From Actinomycetes bacterium (GTDB lineage: Bacteria > Actinomycetota > Acidimicrobiia > IMCC26256 > PALSA-555), in assembly GCA_037142235.1 (NCBI GenBank), contig JBAXBB010000001.1, positions 7,784 to 71,783 on the forward strand: DNA of 64,000 nucleotides, given 5' to 3'. Position numbers and translations under genes: made by a program. The notes beneath the pieces were generated by a model. The model ran no database searches. It was not told where the DNA came from and saw nothing but the letters and a program-made list of their open reading frames with translations. Shown here piece by piece: positions 53,678 to 62,581 of the stretch. Position 1 is the first letter of the stretch, and each line of letters starts with the position of its first letter.

Positions 53678-53754
53678 GGTTTGAGCGTGGGGAAACGCCG
53701 ATGCCTAGACTGCCGTCGCCGGCCCAGTGGGGGGCTGCGAGCGAAAGGCCGCGG

Positions 53755-54117
53755 GTGACGGAGTTCTATCGGGAGTACCTCGCCGTGGCAGTGCTGATGG
53801 GCGCGGCGATCCTCATGGTCTCGGCGATGCTGGGTCTGGGCCGGTTCGTCCGTCCCAAGCGGCCCCAGCCCGAGAAGTACATCTCCTACGAGGCCGGTTC
53901 CGACCCCACCAGTGCCTTCGGGCAGTCCAACGTCCGGTATTACGTCTTCGCCCTCCTCTTCGTCCTCTTCGACGTCGAAGCCGTGTTCGTGTTCCCCTGG
54001 GCGGTCAACCTCGAGCGGCTCGGGTGGTTCGGGCTGGTCGAGATGGTGGTCTTCATCGCGATCCTCGCCTTCGGGCTGTTCTACGCCTGGCGCAAGGGAG
54101 TCCTGCGGTGGGTCTGA
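53755..54117 (+). CDS. nuoA: Complex I-like subunit A (operon 2)
   Basis: [41 protein letters not shown] at 53755 gives a typical 120-aa NuoA. TAGACT at 53706-53711 would place the TSS downstream of the alternative ATG at 53701. Confidence 0.85.
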   Translation: MTEFYREYLAVAVLMGAAILMVSAMLGLGRFVRPKRPQPEKYISYEAGSDPTSAFGQSNVRYYVFALLFVLFDVEAVFVFPWAVNLERLGWFGLVEMVVFIAILAFGLFYAWRKGVLRWV

Positions 54118-54680
54118 TCGACAAGGGGCGGATGCCCAAGCCGCTCACCTGGCTCCTCAACTACAGCCGCAAGTACTCGCTCTGGTGCTTCCAGTGGGGC
54201 CTGGCGTGCTGCGCCATCGAGATGGGTGCGGCCTTCGCGAGCCCGCGGTACGACGTCATGCGCCTCGGGGTCATCCCGTTCCCGGCCAGCCCGCGCCAGG
54301 CCGACCTCGTCGTGATCTCGGGCACCGTCACCGACAAGATGGCCCCGGCGATCCGCCGGCTCTACGAGCAGATGCCCGACCCGAAGTACGTGATCTCGAT
54401 GGGTTCCTGCGCCAACTGCGGTGGCCCCTACTGGGACTCGTACTCGGTCACCAAGGGTGTCGACCAGATCATCCCCGTCGACGTCTACGTGCCCGGGTGT
54501 CCGCCCCGACCCGAGGCGCTGCTCCAGGGCATCGTGATGCTGCAGGAACGAATCCAGAACGAAGGCATCGGCAACGACGACCTCCAGAAGCGCTGGCGCG
54601 GTGAGCCCATCGTCGTACGCGAGGAGCCGGTGCGGGTCGAACTCTCCACCAAGCCCGGAGCGGCGGTGACCGGTGTCTGA
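54108..54680 (+). CDS. nuoB: Complex I-like subunit B (operon 2)
   Basis: [10 protein letters not shown]...MGSCANCGG...VPGCPP. Confidence 0.9.
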   Translation: MGLIDKGRMPKPLTWLLNYSRKYSLWCFQWGLACCAIEMGAAFASPRYDVMRLGVIPFPASPRQADLVVISGTVTDKMAPAIRRLYEQMPDPKYVISMGSCANCGGPYWDSYSVTKGVDQIIPVDVYVPGCPPRPEALLQGIVMLQERIQNEGIGNDDLQKRWRGEPIVVREEPVRVELSTKPGAAVTGV

Positions 54681-55386
54681 CGAGACGACCGAGCCGACCG
54701 AGCCGACCGAGGTCCCCGAGGTCCCCGAGGTTGCGGAGACGCCGACGAGCGCGCCCGACCCCGACCCCGTGCACGTCGAGCTGCTCGCCCGCATCGACGC
54801 CGCGCTCGGCGACGCCGTGATCGAGTCGGCCGACGCCCTCGGTGGGCTCGTGGTGCGCGTGCGCACCGACGCCTGGGGGCGGGTCGCGGAGATCGCGCGC
54901 GACGCCCTCGAGTGCGACTACCTGTCGTTCGTGGCCGGCATCGACTGGATGCCCGCTCCCCCCGAAGGCGACGGCGAGAGCGCCGACACGTCGTCGCCCG
55001 TGCAACCGACCACCATGACCTATGGGGCCGCGGGCTCGGCGGGCCGCTTCCAGGTCTTCGGAATCGTGCAGTCCACGAGCCGACACTGGGGGGTCACCTT
55101 CAAGGCCGACGTCGACGAGAGCGACCCGGTGGTGGCCTCGTGGGTCGGGGTCTACCCGGGTGCCGACTGGCACGAGCGTGAATGCTGGGAGATGTACGGC
55201 ATCCGCTTCGTCGGGCATCCGGCGCTACGCCGCCTCTACCTCCCGTCGGAGTTCGAGGGCTACCCCCTGCGCAAGGACTTCCCGCTCCTGGCCCGCGTCG
55301 TGAAGCCGTGGCCGGGCCTGGTCGACGTCGAGGGCATGCCCGGCGACGAGCCGGCCGCCGTCGCCGCCGCTGGAGGTGAGGAATGA
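54673..55386 (+). CDS. nuoC: Complex I-like subunit C (operon 2) with acidic repeat N-terminus and internal insertion
   Basis: [38 protein letters not shown]. The N-terminus reads [15 protein letters not shown]. Confidence 0.9.
   Translation: MSDETTEPTEPTEVPEVPEVAETPTSAPDPDPVHVELLARIDAALGDAVIESADALGGLVVRVRTDAWGRVAEIARDALECDYLSFVAGIDWMPAPPEGDGESADTSSPVQPTTMTYGAAGSAGRFQVFGIVQSTSRHWGVTFKADVDESDPVVASWVGVYPGADWHERECWEMYGIRFVGHPALRRLYLPSEFEGYPLRKDFPLLARVVKPWPGLVDVEGMPGDEPAAVAAAGGEE
54688..54732 (+). repeat. 9-bp coding tandem repeats (accgagccg x2, gaggtcccc x2)
   Basis: Direct repeats encoding [15 protein letters not shown] at the 5' end of nuoC (operon 2). Confidence 0.75.
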
Positions 55387-56573
55387 GCACCACCGAGAGC
55401 CCTACGAACGCGCCCGGCTTCGAGGTCGACCGCAACGCGATCCGCCAGCTGGCCGACGCGCAGATCAACGTCGAGCTCGACACCGGCGACATGATCATCA
55501 ACCTCGGACCGCAACACCCCGCCACGCACGGCACCCTGCGACTCGTCGCCCGCCTCGACGGCGAGCGTGTCTTGGCCGCCGATCCGGTGATCGGCTACAT
55601 GCACCGCGGGTACGAGAAGCTCTCGGAGTTCCGCACCTATCCCCAGGTCACGACGCTGATCAATCGCATCGACTGGCTGTCGAGCTTCGCCAACGAGGTG
55701 CCGTTCGTCGACGCCGCCGAGCGCCTGATGGGCGTCGAGGCGCCGCCGCGGGCGGTGTGGATCCGGACCATCCTCACCGAGTTGTCGCGGATCGCGACCT
55801 TCGTCCTCTTCCTCGGCGAGATGGGCCTGCAGGTCGGCGCCCTCACCCCCGCGTTCTACGGGTTCCGCGATCGCGAGCACGTGCTCAACCTCATCGAAGC
55901 GGCGACCGGTGGGCGTTTCCACCCGAACTTCAACCGCATCGGCGGGCTCAAGGACGACCTGCCGTGGGGCTGGATCGCCGAGACCCGTTCGGCGATGAAG
56001 ACCATCCTCGACGCCTGCGACGTCTTCGAGGACCTCGTCGCCGGCAACGAGATCTTCTTGTCCCGGACGCGGGGCATCGGCGTGATCCCCGGCGACATCG
56101 GCACCTCGTACGGCGTGTCGGGCTCGAACCTGCGGGCTTCGGGCGTCGACTGGGACCTCCGTCGCGACGGTCGCCCCTACCTCGCCTACCCCGACCTCGA
56201 CTTCCAGGTCTGGACCCACCCCGACGGAGACTCGTTCTCGCGCTACTGGGTGCGCCTCCAGGAGACGCGCGAGTCGGTCCGCATGGTGCTCCAACTCCTC
56301 GACGGGCTGCCCGCCGGGCCGGTCATGGCCAAGGTGCCGCGCATCATCAAGGTCCCCGAGGGCGAGGTCTGGGTCGAGACCGAGAACCCGCTCGGCCAGA
56401 TGGGCTACTACGTGGTGTCCAAGGGCGCGACGGGGCCTTTCCGCGTGAAGATCCGGTCGGCGTCGTTCAGCAACGTCTCGATCCTGCCCTGGCTGCTCAA
56501 GGGCGTGTACGTCCCCGACATCGTCACCATCCTGGCGTCGCTCTACTTCATCCTCGGGGACATCGACCGGTGA
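55383..56573 (+). CDS. nuoD: Complex I-like subunit D (operon 2)
   Basis: INLGPQHPATHGTLRLVARLDGE...; ends ILGDIDR. There are no NiFe-type CxxC motifs. Confidence 0.95.
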   Translation: MSTTESPTNAPGFEVDRNAIRQLADAQINVELDTGDMIINLGPQHPATHGTLRLVARLDGERVLAADPVIGYMHRGYEKLSEFRTYPQVTTLINRIDWLSSFANEVPFVDAAERLMGVEAPPRAVWIRTILTELSRIATFVLFLGEMGLQVGALTPAFYGFRDREHVLNLIEAATGGRFHPNFNRIGGLKDDLPWGWIAETRSAMKTILDACDVFEDLVAGNEIFLSRTRGIGVIPGDIGTSYGVSGSNLRASGVDWDLRRDGRPYLAYPDLDFQVWTHPDGDSFSRYWVRLQETRESVRMVLQLLDGLPAGPVMAKVPRIIKVPEGEVWVETENPLGQMGYYVVSKGATGPFRVKIRSASFSNVSILPWLLKGVYVPDIVTILASLYFILGDIDR

Positions 56574-57601
56574 ACGTCGTCCTCGCGCTCCAGATCGGGT
56601 GGGGGACCACGCTCGCGATCAAGACGCTCGTGGTGCTCGCGATCATCCCGTTGGGAGCGCTCGTCCTCGGTTACGTCTTCCTCTTGAAGATGATGAGCCA
56701 TATGCAGAGTCGGCTCGGGCCCATGGACCCCGGAGGCTTCCACGGCTGGTTCCAGCTGGTGGGAGACGGAATGAAGTTCCTCCAGAAGGAGGACATCATC
56801 CCCGACGAGGCCGATCGCCGGGTCTTCGCCGCGGCGCCAGCCGTGGTGGTCATCTCGACCTTCCTGGTCTTCCTTGTGATCCCGATGGGCCCCGACCTCG
56901 TGGTCAAGAACCTCGACGTCGGCGTCTTCTACGCCCTGGCCGTCTCCAGCCTGTCGGTGATCGGCGTGCTGATGGCCGGTTGGGCGAGCGCCAACAAGTA
57001 CGCCCTCCTGGGGGCCCTGCGGGCCGCGGGCCAGCTGATCGCGTACGAGCTCCCGCTCCTGCTCGCCGTGACCGGTGTGGTCGTCCAGGCCAACACCATG
57101 AGCCTCCAAGGCATCGTCTACGCCCAGCAGAACGGCTCGATCTTCGGCTGGCACGGGGTCGGCAACCCGTTCATCCTCACCCAGTTCGTGGGCTTTGCCC
57201 TCTTCCTGGTCGCCTCCCAGGCCGAACTCACCCAGACGCCCTTCGACATGCCCGTCGCCGAGAGCGAGCTCGTCGCCGGCTACATGGTCGAGTACACCGG
57301 CTTCCGGTTCCTCTTCTTCTTCATCGGGGAGTTCGGCACGGCCACCGCCTTCGCGGCACTGGCGGCCACGATGTTCCTGGGCGGTTGGTCGCTGCCGTGG
57401 GTCCATGGGGGCATCGCCAACTGGATCGGCCCGTTCGTGCTCTTCGCCAAGTTGATGTTCGTGGCGTTCTTGATGTTCTGGGCGCGGTTCACCTATCCCC
57501 GTCTCCGTGAGGACCAGCTCCAGGCGCTCGCCTGGAAGGTGCTGATCCCCATCGGGCTGCTCAACCTGCTGATCACCGGCGTGTTCAAGGTGGCGTTCTG
57601 A
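56570..57601 (+). CDS. nuoH: Complex I-like subunit H (operon 2)
   Basis: GTG overlaps the nuoD stop (GTGA). MSHMQSRLGPMDPGGFHGWFQLVGDGMKFLQKE...ELTQTPFDMPVAESELVAGYMVEY. Confidence 0.95.
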   Translation: MNVVLALQIGWGTTLAIKTLVVLAIIPLGALVLGYVFLLKMMSHMQSRLGPMDPGGFHGWFQLVGDGMKFLQKEDIIPDEADRRVFAAAPAVVVISTFLVFLVIPMGPDLVVKNLDVGVFYALAVSSLSVIGVLMAGWASANKYALLGALRAAGQLIAYELPLLLAVTGVVVQANTMSLQGIVYAQQNGSIFGWHGVGNPFILTQFVGFALFLVASQAELTQTPFDMPVAESELVAGYMVEYTGFRFLFFFIGEFGTATAFAALAATMFLGGWSLPWVHGGIANWIGPFVLFAKLMFVAFLMFWARFTYPRLREDQLQALAWKVLIPIGLLNLLITGVFKVAF

Positions 57602-58089
57602 TGGCGCGTATGAAGCTTCCCGGCATGATCGGCGGTCTGGGCATCACCTTCAAGGAGATGCTCACACCTTCCGTCACCGTGCAGTACCCGCACGAGAAGG
57701 AGGAACCGCCGACGCGGGCCCGCGGGGTGATCGCGCTTCAGGAGGAGAACTGCACGGTCTGCATGCTGTGCGCGCGTTCCTGCCCCGACTGGTGCATCTA
57801 CATCGAAGGCCACAAGGAGAAGCGTCCGCCGCGCCGCGAGGGCGGACGTGACCGCACCGTCAGTGTCCTCGACCGTTTCGACATCGACTACGCCCTCTGC
57901 ATGTACTGCGGGATCTGCGTGGAGGTGTGCCCGTTCGACGCCATCCACTGGAGCCCGGAGTACGAGTACTCCGAGCCCAACATCTCCACGCTGCTCCACG
58001 ACAAGGTGAAGCTCGGGGAGTGGATGCCGTCGGTGCCCGAGGCCGAGCCGCTCGAGATCGGTGCCGAGCAGGGGAAGAAGAAGAAGTGA
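57601..58089 (+). CDS. nuoI: Complex I-like subunit I (operon 2)
   Basis: CTVCMLCARSCP and CMYCGICVEVCP. Confidence 0.95.
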   Translation: MARMKLPGMIGGLGITFKEMLTPSVTVQYPHEKEEPPTRARGVIALQEENCTVCMLCARSCPDWCIYIEGHKEKRPPRREGGRDRTVSVLDRFDIDYALCMYCGICVEVCPFDAIHWSPEYEYSEPNISTLLHDKVKLGEWMPSVPEAEPLEIGAEQGKKKK

Positions 58090-58111
58090 GCGCGCAGGAG
58101 GGGCTCCGCTG

Positions 58112-58618
58112 ATGTGGGCCCAGGAGGTCGCGTTCTGGATCATCGCGGTGGCCATGGGGCTATCCGCGATCGGAGTCGTGCGCTCGCGCAACGTCGTGCA
58201 CGCTGCACTGTTCCTCGTAGTGGTGCTCGCCGGGTCGGCGGCTGTCTACATCCTCTTGCTGGCCGAGTTCGTCGCCTGGGTCCAGGTGCTCGTCTACATC
58301 GGCGCCATCGTGGTGTTGTTCCTCTTCGGCATCATGTTGACCCGGGCTCCGATGCGTGACGACGCCAAGAAGCTCGACAACGATCAGCGGCTCATGTCGG
58401 CGGTCGTCGGCCTGTTCCTGTTCGGCGTCCTGACCGTGTTCCTGGTCGACGCCTTCGGCAGCCAGAAGATCCGCTTCACGAACTCGTTGGTCCCGCTGGG
58501 TAGCACCGCGTCGGTCGGCTCCGACATCTTCCACCAGTACGTGATCCCGTTCGAAGTTGTCTCGATGCTGCTGCTGGCGGCGCTCGTCGGTGCCGTGGTC
58601 CTGGCCCGGAAGGACTGA
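58112..58618 (+). CDS. nuoJ: Complex I-like subunit J (operon 2)
   Basis: SRNVVHAALFLVVVLAGSAAVYILL...[27 protein letters not shown] Shine-Dalgarno. Confidence 0.9.
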   Translation: MWAQEVAFWIIAVAMGLSAIGVVRSRNVVHAALFLVVVLAGSAAVYILLLAEFVAWVQVLVYIGAIVVLFLFGIMLTRAPMRDDAKKLDNDQRLMSAVVGLFLFGVLTVFLVDAFGSQKIRFTNSLVPLGSTASVGSDIFHQYVIPFEVVSMLLLAALVGAVVLARKD

Positions 58619-58621
58619 CGG

Positions 58622-58921
58622 ATGCCGATTAACTACTTCCTCGTCCTCAGTGCCTTCCTTTTCTGTGCCGGGGCGTACGGTGTTCTCGCCCGGCGCAACT
58701 CGGTGCTGGTCCTCATGAGCGTCGAGCTCATGCTCAATGCCGTCAACATCAACCTGGTCGCGTTCTCCGCCGGACTCCACGACGTCTCGGGCCAGGTGTT
58801 CGCGCTGTTCGTGATCACGATCGCGGCGGCGGAGGTCGGGATCGGCCTCGCCATCGTGTTGCTCATCTTCCGTAACCTCCGGAGCGCCGACCTGGACCAG
58901 GTCGAGCAGTTGAAGGGCTGA
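58622..58921 (+). CDS. nuoK: Complex I-like subunit K (operon 2)
   Basis: [17 protein letters not shown]...[14 protein letters not shown]. Confidence 0.95.
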   Translation: MPINYFLVLSAFLFCAGAYGVLARRNSVLVLMSVELMLNAVNINLVAFSAGLHDVSGQVFALFVITIAAAEVGIGLAIVLLIFRNLRSADLDQVEQLKG

Positions 58922-58929
58922 CGCGAACG

Positions 58930-61002
58930 ATGCTCGACCACGTCTGGATCATCCCCCTCATTCCTGCCGTCTCCTTCGTCCTCATCTTGTTGTTCGGGAA
59001 GCGGATGCCGTTCAAGGGTGCCGAGATCGGCATCACCTCCATCGCCTCGTCGTTCGTGCTGGCGATCGTCGTGGCCGTCCAGTGGATCACGCGGGTCGAG
59101 AACGTCACCGGCAAGGCGCAGGGGCTGGCGGCACTCGGCAAGGGCGTCCTGTCGATTCCCGAAGGCGGCAAGAAGACCGAGGTGGCCCCCATCATCCACG
59201 GGTTCACTTGGTGGCAGAACGGCGCCGCGAAGTTCGTCGTGGGAGCCCGGGTCGACGGGCTCGTGGTGATGATGCTGATCGTCGTCACGACGATCTCGCT
59301 GCTCGTGCACGTCTACTCGACCGCCTACATGCACGGCGACCGTCGCTACACCTACTTCTATGCAGCGCTCTCCCTCTTCTCGGCCTCAATGCTGCTACTC
59401 GTGGTCTCGAGCAACCTGCTCCAGCTGCTCGTCGGGTGGGAGCTCGTCGGTCTGTGTTCGTTCATGCTGATCGGTCACTGGTGGGAGGAGAAGCCGAACT
59501 CCAACGCCGCACTCAAGGCGTTCCTCACCACCCGGACCGGCGACGTGGGGCTGATGATCGGCGTGATCATCTGCTTCTTCGCCGCCAACACCTTCGACAT
59601 CAGCGGCATCAACTCCTACGCCCTGGGCGCCCACGCAGATCACGGCCTGCTGCTGGTGGCGGCGATCGCGCTCATGTTCGGGATCATGGGCAAGAGCGGG
59701 CAGTTCTTCTTGCATACCTGGCTCCCCGATGCCATGGCCGGTCCCACGCCCGTGTCGGCGCTCATCCACGCGGCCACCATGGTGGTCGCCGGCGTGTATC
59801 TCGGCGCCCGCGTCTACCCGGTGTTCTGGAACGGCTTCAGCATTGGCGGCGGCGGATTCAACATGATGGCCGTGGTGGGTGGCGTCACGATCATCGTCGG
59901 TGCGTTGCTGGCTTTCGCCCAGGACGACATCAAGAAGGTGCTCGCCTATTCCACGATCAGCCAGCTCGGCTACATGGTGATGGCGCTCGGAGTCGGTGCC
60001 TGGGGCGCGGCGATCTTCCACCTCTTCACGCACGCCTTCTTCAAGGCGCTGCTGTTCCTCGGTGCGGGGGCCATCAGCCACGCAGCCACGCACCACTCCT
60101 TCGACATGAAGAAGGAGATGGGCGGTCTGCGGAAGTTCATGCCGATCACCTTCTGGACCTTCATGATCGGCACGCTCGCCCTGGCGGGCATCTTTCCCCT
60201 GGCCGGATTCTGGTCGAAGGACGAGATCCTGGCGACGGCCGGTCAGTCCGACTTCAAAGTCTTCATGGTCGTGGGTCTCGTCGGGGCCGGGCTCACGGCG
60301 GCCTACATGACCCGCTGCGTGTACCTCACGTTCTTCGGGCACTATCGCGGCCATCATCACCCGCACGAGGCCGAACCTGCCATCACCATCCCGCTGGTGA
60401 TCCTCGCGGTCCTGTCGGTCGTCGCCGGCCTGTTGAACGCCGCGCCCTTCCACATCGAGAAGTTCGGCAAGTGGGTCGAGCAGGTCGGGGCCTTCCCGGA
60501 GCTCCTCCACCCCAAGTTTGACTACGTTTTGGCTGCGACCTCCGTCTCGATCGTCGTGATCCTCATCGGCGGGGCTACGTTCTTCTGGTTCCGGCGTGAG
60601 GAGATCGGTGCGCTGCACGATCTCACGAAGCGCAACCGGCTCGCCCACGCCGGATTCACCTTCCTGGAGCGGAAGTACTTCCTCGACGATCTGTACGAGG
60701 GAGTCATCGTGGCCGGCATCAAGGGCCCGATCGCCCAGGCGTCCTACTGGGTCAACCAGAACGTCATCGACGGATTCGTCAAGGGTACGGGGCGCACGGC
60801 AGTGAAGGTCGGCCAGTTCACCTACACCGCCATCGACCGGAAGGTCGTCGACGCGGCGATCACCGGTCTCGCGAAGGAAACCGGCGCCGCCGGTGGAGAG
60901 TTGTCCAAGGTCCAGTCGGGCAAGGTGCAGCGATACGCGTTGCTCCTGCTCGCCGCGGTCGGCCTCATCGGGCTCGCCGTGTACATCTACAACGTTGTCT
61001 AG
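58930..61002 (+). CDS. nuoL: Complex I-like subunit L (operon 2)
   Basis: GWELVGLCSFMLIGHWWE...GKSGQFFLHTWLPDAMAGPTPVSALIHAATMVVAGV. Confidence 0.95.
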   Translation: MLDHVWIIPLIPAVSFVLILLFGKRMPFKGAEIGITSIASSFVLAIVVAVQWITRVENVTGKAQGLAALGKGVLSIPEGGKKTEVAPIIHGFTWWQNGAAKFVVGARVDGLVVMMLIVVTTISLLVHVYSTAYMHGDRRYTYFYAALSLFSASMLLLVVSSNLLQLLVGWELVGLCSFMLIGHWWEEKPNSNAALKAFLTTRTGDVGLMIGVIICFFAANTFDISGINSYALGAHADHGLLLVAAIALMFGIMGKSGQFFLHTWLPDAMAGPTPVSALIHAATMVVAGVYLGARVYPVFWNGFSIGGGGFNMMAVVGGVTIIVGALLAFAQDDIKKVLAYSTISQLGYMVMALGVGAWGAAIFHLFTHAFFKALLFLGAGAISHAATHHSFDMKKEMGGLRKFMPITFWTFMIGTLALAGIFPLAGFWSKDEILATAGQSDFKVFMVVGLVGAGLTAAYMTRCVYLTFFGHYRGHHHPHEAEPAITIPLVILAVLSVVAGLLNAAPFHIEKFGKWVEQVGAFPELLHPKFDYVLAATSVSIVVILIGGATFFWFRREEIGALHDLTKRNRLAHAGFTFLERKYFLDDLYEGVIVAGIKGPIAQASYWVNQNVIDGFVKGTGRTAVKVGQFTYTAIDRKVVDAAITGLAKETGAAGGELSKVQSGKVQRYALLLLAAVGLIGLAVYIYNVV

Positions 61003-61020
61003 CGGAGGGGAACGCACCGC

Positions 61021-62571
61021 ATGAGCTGGTTCGATGACTGGGCGCTGACCCTCGCGGTCTTCATCCCACTCGTCGGTATGGCGATCGTCATGCTGATCCC
61101 GAGTGCCGAGGAGCAAGCCATCAAGACGGTGGCACTGCTGGCTTCGCTCGTCACCCTGGCGGTCGGTATCGGCGTCCTGGCCGACTTCAACTACCAGAAG
61201 ACCTCGACGCTGCAGTTCCAGGTCGACAAGTCGTGGATCAGCCTCATTCACGCCCGGTACCACCTGGGCGTGGACGGCATCTCGCTGCCGATGATCATCT
61301 TGACCATGGTGATCGTGCCGTTGTGCATCATCTACTCCTGGGACCACTTCCCGGAGCCGCACAACCCGAAGGCCTTCCTGGCGCTGATCCTGCTCCTCGA
61401 AGTCGGCATGATCGGGACCTTCGTCTCGCTCGACCTCGTCCTGTTCTTCATCTTCTTCGAGGTCGTCCTCCTGCCGATGTTCTTCATGATCGGCGTGTGG
61501 GGGGGCCCGAACCGCGAGTACGCCTCGATCAAGTTCTTCCTGTTCACCCTGTTCGGGTCCGCGCTCATGCTGGTGAGCTTCCTGGCGATCTACTTCCTCT
61601 CGAAGCAGCCCACCTTCGACATCGTCCACCTGTCGCAGTTCGCCGGATCGGGCATCGGGCGGGGAACTCAGATCCTGCTGTTCGCGGGCCTCTTCCTCGG
61701 CTTCGCCATCAAGGTGCCGATGTTCCCGTTCCACACCTGGCTCCCCGACGCCCACACGGAAGCCCCCACGGTCGGTTCAGTCATCCTGGCGGCGGTGCTC
61801 CTGAAGCTCGGGACCTACGGGTTCATCCGGATCGCGCTGCCGATTCTCCCGCAGGGGGCGCAGGTCTGGGCGCCTTGGATCGGCGTGCTCGCCGTGATCG
61901 GCATCATCTATGGCGCCTTGTGCTGCCTGGCCCAGACCGACATGAAGCGCCTGATCGCCTTCTCGTCGGTCTCGCACATGGGTTTCGTGATGCTGGGCAT
62001 CGCGTCCCTCACCACGTTCGGGATCAACGCCGCCGTGTTCGGCATGGTGGCGCACGGTCTGATCACCGGCCTGCTCTTCTTCGTCGCCGGGTCGATGCAG
62101 CACCGCTACCACACCCGTGAGATGTCGCGGCTCGGTGGTCTGCTGATCTCGGCCCCCAAGATGGGCTGGATCCTCGGGTTCGCGGCCATGGCCTCACTCG
62201 GCCTGCCCGGATTGGCCGGCTTCTGGGGCGAGTTCCCCGCCGTCCTCTCGGCGTTCGACCCGTCGAAGGTCGCCAACGGTCTGCTCGGGAACACTCATTC
62301 GGCGCTCCCGACCTTCCGGACCTTCATGGTCATCGCGGCGGTCGGTACCGTCCTCGCTGCCGGTTACCTCCTCTGGATGTACCAGCGGGTCGCGATGGGC
62401 ACGCCGAAGGAAGAGTTCGAGCACGCCCACCTCCACGACGTCTCCACGTCGGAGTGGATCGCCTGGTTGCCGCTGATCCTCGGCACCGTGGTCTTCGGCC
62501 TGTTCCCGAACCTCATCTTCTCCATCACCAACGGCGCCGCCGAGCACGTCACCAAGGTCTTCGGGGGCTAG
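61021..62571 (+). CDS. nuoM: Complex I-like subunit M (operon 2)
   Basis: FFIFFEVVLLPMFFMIGVWG...KVPMFPFHTWLPDAHTEAPTVGSVILAAV. Confidence 0.95.
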   Translation: MSWFDDWALTLAVFIPLVGMAIVMLIPSAEEQAIKTVALLASLVTLAVGIGVLADFNYQKTSTLQFQVDKSWISLIHARYHLGVDGISLPMIILTMVIVPLCIIYSWDHFPEPHNPKAFLALILLLEVGMIGTFVSLDLVLFFIFFEVVLLPMFFMIGVWGGPNREYASIKFFLFTLFGSALMLVSFLAIYFLSKQPTFDIVHLSQFAGSGIGRGTQILLFAGLFLGFAIKVPMFPFHTWLPDAHTEAPTVGSVILAAVLLKLGTYGFIRIALPILPQGAQVWAPWIGVLAVIGIIYGALCCLAQTDMKRLIAFSSVSHMGFVMLGIASLTTFGINAAVFGMVAHGLITGLLFFVAGSMQHRYHTREMSRLGGLLISAPKMGWILGFAAMASLGLPGLAGFWGEFPAVLSAFDPSKVANGLLGNTHSALPTFRTFMVIAAVGTVLAAGYLLWMYQRVAMGTPKEEFEHAHLHDVSTSEWIAWLPLILGTVVFGLFPNLIFSITNGAAEHVTKVFGG

Positions 62572-62581
62572 GGGGCGACCG

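Noticed and set aside
53701-53754. ATG 53701 as the start of nuoA (operon 2)
   Set aside because: The extra 18 residues ([18 protein letters not shown]) are not NuoA-like. A TAGACT hexamer at 53706-53711 would place the TSS inside them. GTG at 53755 gives a canonical 120-aa NuoA.
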